Origin: Octopus sinensis
Taxonomy: Eukaryota
Length of the DNA: 64,000 nucleotides
Direction of reading: 5' to 3'
NCBI RefSeq assembly: GCF_006345805.1
Contig: NC_043008.1
Span: 77,066,001 to 77,130,000, forward strand
Part shown: piece by piece, positions 55,004-64,000 of the stretch
Layout of the letters: each line of letters opens with the position of its first letter
How positions within the stretch are numbered: position 1 is the first letter of the stretch
Notes under the pieces: generated by a model
Databases searched by the model: none
Told to the model about the DNA's origin: nothing
The model's input: the letters and a program-made list of their open reading frames with translations, nothing else
Made by a program: the position numbers and the translations under genes

Positions 55004-55517
55004 GCGTGTAAAAATAGAGAGAGTGAGTGAGGGAAAAAAACAAAAGAAAGAAGGGCTGAGAAGCAAAAATAGAGAGGGTAATACGGAGGAGGAAACAAAG
55101 CAATTGTGGATATGTGTATGTGAGTGAGTGTATTTATCAGTGTATATGTGTTAGTGTGTTAGTGTGCGTGTTTGTGTGTGAAAAAAGCAGACACAATGAT
55201 TGAAGGTTAACAGAGTATAAGTGGTGGGAGAAATAAGAAAAGGTAAAGTAAGAGGAAAGATTTAGAAGGAGGAAGGAGACCAGGAATATCAACAATGAGA
55301 TTATTGACTGGACCAAGAAAGAAGGGGACAGCTGAGACGGGGACCCAAGGGTTATAACGGATTTATATATATATATTTAACATTAGATACATAAATACCA
55401 CACACACACACGCACAGATATATTTATATATATTTAATTAGGTGCACATATGAGATACACGCACATGTTTTAGCTACACCCATATACATATATATAGCAT
55501 TGGGTGTACACACATAC

Positions 55518-55573
<56 letters not shown>

Positions 55574-55778
55574 GTATATAGGCACACAATATTAACTGCA
55601 CTTATCTATAGCATTTGGAATACATACAGACACACATATACACGAAGAGAGAGAGAGACTTTAAGAAGTATGGAATACAATACTGACAATAATCGTAGCA
55701 ACATGGATCTACTTGACTTTTGAAGATTTTCTCGTGTTTGAATTTGTGAATAAATTATCCTTGTAACTTACACACACA

Positions 55779-55818
<40 letters not shown>

Positions 55819-55904
55819 AACACACACACTCTATGGTCCTGGACCGCCCAAAGCCTTGTGAATGGATTTGGTAGACGGTAATTGAAAGAAACCCGTATAT
55901 GCGC

Positions 55905-55949
<45 letters not shown>

Positions 55950-55982
55950 GTGTGTGTGTGTGTGTGTGTGTGTGTTGTGTGT

Positions 55983-56025
<43 letters not shown>

Positions 56026-56235
56026 CATATATGTATGTATATTTATATTATATATATGTGCATATATATATTATACATATTTATATTTATATATATGTAT
56101 ATGTATATAATATATATATATATGTGTGTGTATGTGTGTGTGTGTGGTGTGTGCGCGGTGTGTATACATATATATGTATGTATATTTATATTTATATATA
56201 TGTGCATATATATATATATATACATATTTATATTT

Positions 56236-56288
<53 letters not shown>

Positions 56289-56335
56289 ATATATGTATAT
56301 TATATATAGTATATATATATATATATATATAATAT

Positions 56336-56370
<35 letters not shown>

Positions 56371-56629
56371 GATTTTTGTTTGGTTTGCAAGATTTTTTTA
56401 TGTGAATACGTGTGTTCAAGCATTTTCATTGCGTCTTGTTAAATAAGGCACTAAAAGAGAATGGCTTTCCCAGACACAATAATGGTGTGGCCGTGTAATA
56501 AGAAGTTTGCTTCCCGATCAACTTGTTTCAGGTTCAGTCCCACTTCATGGCTTCTACTATAGCATCGGACTGACCGAAGTCTTGAGATTGGATTTGGGAG
56601 ACGAAAACTGAAAACTGTTTATCATGCGT

Positions 56630-56662
<33 letters not shown>

Positions 56663-56881
56663 CTTATTTTTAAAGTCTGGTATTTATTCTATCGGCCCTA
56701 TCTGCCGAACTGCTAGGTAACGAGGAGTCAAACACACCAGCACTGGTTGTCAAGCGATGAGGTGGGGTGGGGGAGACAAACACACACACACACACACAAA
56801 GGCAGACGCTCGTGGACAAAGATATATATATATATTTCGTTTAGGATTTGGTTTGCAAGGTTCTTTATATGACACAACAGA

Positions 56882-57030
<149 letters not shown>

Positions 57031-57038
57031 TATATATC

Positions 57039-57091
<53 letters not shown>

Positions 57092-57231
57092 TATATATTA
57101 TATATATATATATATTATATATATTATTATATATATATATATATTATATATATAATATATATATATATATAAGGCGGGGAGGGGTACGTATTTGCACGCG
57201 TTTGCGTGCGTGTGTGTCATTATCGCTTGTC

Positions 57232-57595
57232 AGAAACGTTAGCACGCCGGGCGAAATGCGTAGCCGTATTTCGTCTGCCGTTACGTTCTGAGTTCAAATT
57301 CCGCCGACGTCGACTTTGCCTTTCATCCTTTCGGGGTCGATAAATTAAGTACCAGTTACGCACTGGGCTCGATATAATCGACTTAATCCGTTTGTCTGTC
57401 CTTGTTTGTCCCGTATGTGTTTAGCCCCTTGTGGGCAATAAAGAAATAGGTATTTCGTCCGTCTTTACGTTCGGATGCCGTCGAAGTCGGCTTTCGGGGT
57501 CGATGAAATAAGTACCAGTTACGCACTGGAGTCAATGTAATCGAGTAATCCACTTTCCACAAATTTCAGGCCTTGTGCCTTTAGTAGAAAGGATT
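57232..57595 (+). mobile_element. Meta/MESC-like SINE copy
   Basis: Matches 94-390. Confidence 0.8.
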
Positions 57596-57701
57596 ATTAT
57601 TATCATTATTATTATTATTATATATTATTATTATTATATATATTATTATTATTATTATATTATTATTATTATTACTTTTATTATTATTATTATTATTATT
57701 A

Positions 57702-57744
<43 letters not shown>

Positions 57745-57759
57745 TAGTATATTTTTATA

Positions 57760-58455
57760 GCGTGCTTTCACTTCACTACCGAGCGCAGCTCTGTGTGCCT
57801 TGGGTATGTGCTGTGATTTGTTGTGATGCTCTGATGATTATTGTATGGAAAGTGTTCTGCGTAGGATGTGTGCAGTGCCTAGTCGTGCAATTTTCTGTAT
57901 GTTATATGTGTTTGTAAGTCCTGGTGTTTTTGTTACGTATTTGTCTGAATATTTTTTTATCATGCCTAATGCACCTACTATGATAGGAATTGTTTCTGTT
58001 TTTAGATTCCACATTCTGGTTACCTCTATTTCCAGGTCTTTGTATTTTGAAAGTTTCTCCATTTCTTTTAGAGACACGTTGTCATCTGCCGGTATTGATA
58101 CATCAATTAGAAAGCATTTTTTTTTCTTCATGATCCCTGACAACTAAGGGATCCCTGACAAATTAAGGTATGTTGGCCTTAATTTCTCTATCTGTGTGTA
58201 TCGGCATATCCCAGAGTATGGTTGCTTTCTCGTTTTCTGTGACCTTTTCTGGTGTGTGCCTATACCATCTTTTTTCTGTTGTTATTCCATAATGTTGGCA
58301 TAGCTTCCAGTGTATGTAGGTTCCAACTCTGTCATGTCTGTGAATATATTCCTTCTTAGCCAGGACTGGGCAGCCAGAGATAATATGATTTATTGTTTCT
58401 TGTCCATCTCCACATATTCTGCAGTTACTAGTTATATTTCTTTTCATTACATGTT
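57760..58455 (-). mobile_element. R4/Dong-like LINE 3' end (CCHC knuckle plus RLE endonuclease)
   Basis: CRICGDGQETINHIISGC..YIHRHD, ILWD, LIDVSIP, K..KY.DL, IPIIVGALG; bracketed by (TAA)n. Confidence 0.88.
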
Positions 58456-58463
58456 TTTATTAA

Positions 58464-58539
<76 letters not shown>

Positions 58540-58542
<3 letters not shown>

Positions 58543-59390
58543 GTCGTTGCACAGCTTCTATCGCTGGAGATGTCCTACGATGTCAGCTATTCACTGCCAG
58601 TGAACTAAGGTAATACCCCTTGTTTTTTTATTACCATCCGGAGTATTCGAGCGGTTCCAAGCAGTGCTATTTTCTGCAAGTGCTCCATCCTTATTACAGC
58701 TCCTATTTGTTTCATGTACTTCTCAAGATTTCTGCTCACTCTTCCCTGAGCTCCGACAATTATTGGTACTACTACCATCTTTTTCAGCGACCACAATAGC
58801 TTAACTTCCCAAGCTAACCTGTTGTATCTATCGACTTTTCTTTCTTCCTTATCGCATACCTTTTTGTCAGCTGGGCATGCTTTATCTATGATCCAGCATC
58901 GTTTGCTTTCTTTCTCAATTAACTCTATGTCTGATTTCCAATTACTTATTTTATGGCCGCATTGAATCATAAAATCCCATAGGATCTTTGCATTATCATT
59001 TTCAATGATGCCTTCGGGTTTATGTTCGTACCACTCTTTTGCTCTATCAAGTCCATACTTGTTGCAAAGTGTCCAATGGACAATCCTTACTATGTTGTCA
59101 TGACATCTCTTATATTCTTTCTGGGCTATCAGCGTACATTTACTAGTAATATGCCATACGGTTTCACCATTTTGTCCACAAATTCTGCACTTACCACTTT
59201 CTGATGTGTTGTCTATTCTGTATTTGATGTAATTCCGTCTTAATGCTTGCTCTTGGGCAGCACAGATAAGAGTCTCCGTTTCCGGTTTTAAATCACTTTT
59301 AGTCATCCATAGCCATCTTTTTTCTCTGCCTGTCTTATCTTCAACATCCCTTTGAAATTGTTCATGCATTCTTTTCTTTATCCACCTATT
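58540..59390 (-). mobile_element. Second R4/Dong-like LINE 3' end
   Basis: AAQEQAL, CRICGQNGETVWHITSKC, ILWDF, VPIIVGA, LGTARILR; bracketed by (TAA)n. Confidence 0.88.
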
Positions 59391-59935
59391 TTATTATTAT
59401 TATTGAATGAGAGAGCAGTATATGCCATCAAAGTGACACTGGGATAAAATATACAAAGCCCAATATACCCATCATGACTACCCGTCTGATAAAGGTACAC
59501 CAGGCACATGCATCACAACCATATGTGCGTGACACAGCGATCTCATATCAAGATAAACAGCGCATGACCTTGCAGGTGGGGCCCAGTTAGAATTTTCTTC
59601 GGGTTGAGTGGCTCGTCCCGCTAAAACGGTTCCTGAATAAAGGGTTGTTTGCGAATGTTGAACGAGACACTCACGTTTCCAAAGGTGAATTATCCAAACC
59701 CCAAAGAATTCCTCTCATCACATGGCTATGATGCTCTCCCCGCTACTTCTGCTCATGATCAGAGATGCACATATCGTCAGCCACCAAGGGGTATGCTCAA
59801 CTGGTTAAGGTCAAGCAATTGACAAGCAAATCTGTGGTATTGAACAGAGCCCATCTTTTATACCAATACATGATAACACTTCCAATCAATTAAGATCAAA
59901 AGCCATGAGAGCCACTACCTGGTACTGCATCAGGG

Positions 59936-60007
<72 letters not shown>

Positions 60008-60479
60008 GTTATTATTATTAGTGATATTGTTGTGACGAGAGAAGAGGGGCCGTGGTAAAGACCGGGATAACTTCTTGACGAATAAGAAGCTCGATTCCTT
60101 TTTAGTTTCAAGCGGGAACTATTTTATTTAGTGCATCAAGGTCATGAAGATATATCTCCTTCTACACCCAGCACCTGTGTATATAAATAAGATGCAATCA
60201 TCATTATCACCATCATCATCATTTATGTTATTGATAGACGTAGCAATAAGTGATGACTATGGTGCAGAGTTAGCATTGAGGAAGGATTAACGGTGGTAAT
60301 AGTGGGAGGATAATCAGGATTAGGAGGTATTCACTCATAAACACCGATGCTAGCGTAAGTACACGGACACGTGTACCTCTAATATCCCCATCTCTCTCTT
60401 TCTTTTTGTTTGTCCTCTTTCATGAACGTGTGTGTGTGTGCATGTGTGTGCATGTGTGTGTGTGGTGTGTGTACACATG

Positions 60480-60549
<70 letters not shown>

Positions 60550-61046
60550 CATACATATATCTGTACACACACCTGTGATTCAGTGGCCCACCACCAACTT
60601 TCCAGCGGATCATAAACAAAGTAATAACACACCATCCCGCTACCAATTACAAGAAATACAAACACCATATCACAAAAATAAAACCTAGATAATCAACGAA
60701 GAAGCCAGAAAAACGGTACTTAAACACGACACACAAACCAACGAACAAGCACAACCACTTACACACAGATTCACATCAAGGGACATAAATACACCGCTAA
60801 TACTGAGCTGCAACAGTTCTCGCCTGAAAATCGTAGTGGGTTGAAATTCGAATCGCAACACAAACTTTCACTTTCAACAAAACTATATATGTATATTGTT
60901 ATTTCGAGATGATCATATTTTTTCTTTTTGGCCAAATAAACACATGCATCGTTTATCATTATTCCAGACAATGGACATAAGATAAAATATGAACAATAAT
61001 AAACGAGTGAAGAATGAAGATATATATATATATATATATAATATAT

Positions 61047-61080
<34 letters not shown>

Positions 61081-61232
61081 GTGCGTATGTTTCTTTGGCA
61101 AAAAAAAAAAAAAGAAATGACCATCCCGAAGTATAACAATATCTTTTTCAACATACGGTTTCACATGAGGAATCTTGCAACAAAAATTCATAAATGTGTG
61201 TGCGTGTGTGTGTGTGTGTGTGTGTGGTGTGT

Positions 61233-61293
<61 letters not shown>

Positions 61294-62879
61294 GTGTGTG
61301 TGTGTGAAGGTTGAAAAGGAACACACGAGTTAATATATATGAAAAAAATGTCAAGACAGAAAATGTTAAAATAATTTAGAAAGGTCAGGCTTGACCGAAC
61401 ATCGGTCACGCGTCCTAGTGGTTATGGTGTTGTACTCACGATCGCGAGATCGTGGTTTCAGTTCCTGGTCTGGGTGTAGCTTTGCGTTCCTGAGCTAAAC
61501 TCTTCACTATATATTATTCTACGATCACTTCGAACCTGAAGCGTGCTACACAGTGCACCTGTTCAGACAACGTCGATTTGATTGAGGGCGTGAGTTAATC
61601 TACAGTATATGTATTTGACCACTATAAACAAATCATTTATGCAGGTAGTTCGGTAAGCGTTTTATGCTCATTCATACGTCGCCTTCGACAAAAGAGTCTA
61701 CACACACACACACACACATAAACATATACATATATGAGTGTGTGTGTGCGTTTGTGTATAACAATGGAAGATATACACATTAAACAGGCTCCAGTGAGAA
61801 AGTTGGGTAGTTTTCAAAGGAAAATTCTCATGAGACGAAAAAAAATCGTCACGTGGCTTAAAACATCATGAAGAAACTGTAAAAGAAAGCAACTAATTGA
61901 CAAGGTCACTGACAGACATATCGAAAATATAGTACTCCCATAAAAATAAAACAACAGAAACTGACCTTGAATTTTCGCAAAAGAAAGACACTGTGCAACC
62001 TAAAATAAAGCTCTGGCCTCAAGCAAGTACTCACTGCAGATCCTAAAAAAGTAAAATTCTCAGTGAACGTGTAGCGTACACTCGAGTGAAATTCCTCTCA
62101 TCTTTATCATATATACAAGCATTCGAACGTAGCAGATAACAGCTAGCCTTTGGCCGCTATTTGGACCCCGTTATCTCCACTACTCTGATTGGTTGGCATT
62201 GGCACAATTTGTCCCTTCCTCTGTAGCGCCAATATGCAGCGTATAACCAAGCGTATAACCAGCGTATAACCAACCTAAATAGATCATGCGAAACAACCTG
62301 TTTTCAACCCCGTTTGAGCCTACTGTTCCTTATAAAACCCACCTTCACCTCGTCTCGAGGTCTTTGGTTCCAGATCTTTTAAGGTCTAGCCACTGACCAC
62401 ACAAGATACTGCCAGTTCCAGCAACAATGCCAGACGACCTGTCCAACAGCATTACGGCAACCTCCGTCTTTGTCGCTACCATCATCTACTTAACACCATC
62501 GACATCATCTCTCTACGTACACATCTCAAGCAACACTGTATATATTCTAACATAGCACTGTTCGTGAATAACTTCACCGTGGTTAACAACGAATATACAA
62601 CCTGTAAGAACTCATGTACAAGTGACCCAGGTAGCAGCATTACAGCCACAGCTTCGTACGACATGTACCGCACCGGCTCAGCATCATCGCCATAACTTCT
62701 TGATACAGTACTTCAACTACCGTGTACAACTGACTATGAACTGGTATCGATGTTCTCTTTCCCTTGCATTTTTCTAGCCACAAGGGGGCAGCTGATTTCC
62801 AAAACAAAACATTTCTTTTCTTTGTGGCGTCAAAGAACAATATCTAGCCTGTTATACTTTCACCTGGTGGTTCAGTTTT

Positions 62880-63170
62880 GAAGTTCAACCACAATTCCTT
62901 TCACTCATCGGTCTCAATATGGTCGACTTCGTCTGTAGGTAATATCTTTTTGTCATCATGTTGCAGACCGTTCTGGACATCGTATCACGCCTCATGTGAT
63001 GATAATATCTAGAAGACACTCTTTCACAGTTGGCAATAATGTGGTTGATGTTTCCAGTCTTGGTCTTGCACAGCCTACATTTGTTGTCTGTGAACGTTTT
63101 CGGCATTTTATGATTTAGGTACTTGGTGGGGATGTCTTGTTCTTAGATTGCATGGATGTAGCCTTCATAA
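62880..63170 (-). mobile_element. Fragment of an RLE LINE (CRE/R4-like zinc knuckle region)
   Basis: EGYIHAI.EQDIPTKYL..CRLCKTKTGNINHIIANC..Y..RRD. Confidence 0.6.
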
Positions 63171-63899
63171 GCTTGTACCAGCGTATTGGTTCATTTTTAT
63201 TCTGTTGTTCTGATAAATAGATTTTACCAATGCATCAGTTCTTATTTCATCATTCTCCTCAAGCTCATTAGCTCTCCTATTTATGTTGTTAGTTTCATTA
63301 TCACAGACTTGGGGGCAAGATAGTTACTAGTCTGTTTCCTCTGGGCGCGGGCGGAGTAGATGGGAGGTACGTTGCTTAGCGGTTCAACAATGCTAACTCA
63401 TGATTGCAAGATTGCATTTACAATTCCTGGACAGAATGATGAATTGTGTTCTTGCGCAAAGAAGTAGCAGTGATAGAAGTGGTGGTGGTGGTGGTGGAGG
63501 TGATTCGATAATGAAAACTGTATTTTTTAAAATTGAAACAAGTTTTTTATATGACCTATCAGTTAACGCATGCGCATAAATGCAATTCCGTGAAATATTC
63601 ACGTTTATCTATGTGGTAGATATATACAATTTAACTATCATATGTACGGGATGTTTTTTTATGGGAAAAATAGAAAAATAAGAGTGAATATTTGTTTTAT
63701 ATATACTGTGTATCAAGTCTATAAAATTGTGCACAAAGTGTATACAGTTTATATATAAAGCGCATTAAGTATTCATCACATTCCAATTTCTTTCACTTAT
63801 GAATGATTAGCAGATGAGTGACTACCTTTTGATACAGGCACAACACAGGCTACGCTTTCTAAAGTTTTCAGAAATAACCCAATAGGTTTACCATTAATT

Positions 63900-63925
63900 C
63901 CGTGAAATATTCACGGGTCCGCTAG
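63900..63925 (+). mobile_element. Helitron 3' terminus
   Basis: Hairpin CCGTGAA-ATA-TTCACGG then CTAG|T; hairpin duplicated at ~63588-63604. Confidence 0.6.
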
Positions 63926-64000
63926 TATATATATATATATATATATATTTTACAAAATAATTATTGATAAATTTAACTTTAAAGGTATTTTTTGATATGC

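Overview
AT-rich, microsatellite-saturated animal genomic DNA. The SINE families and (TA)n/(CA)n/(TAA)n density suggest a coleoid cephalopod such as Octopus (inference). I find one host protein-coding gene, on the minus strand: a nuclear receptor with no DNA-binding domain, of the NR0B (DAX-1/SHP) type. Its coding exons are 49992-48291 and 44761-44520 (~647 aa), with a candidate CRE/E-box/GC-box/TATA promoter near 54.6-54.8 kb. Its last intron holds a duplicated copy of the AF-2/stop segment. A 23-nt microexon would splice to that copy in frame, predicting an alternative C-terminal isoform. The rest is mostly mobile DNA: a Gmr1-like (integrase-before-RNase H) LTR retrotransposon with a tRNA-Pro PBS and no RT, a solo LTR, a Tx1/L1 relic, R4/Dong-type LINE ends stacked in (TAA)n, mariner/Tc1 relics, non-autonomous Helitrons, two GG-ended MITEs with 8-bp TSDs (one carrying telomere-like repeats), tRNA-derived SINEs, and many Penelope-like remnants carrying minimal type I hammerhead ribozymes in tandem or inverted arrangements. 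Most short ORFs in the track are microsatellite artefacts.
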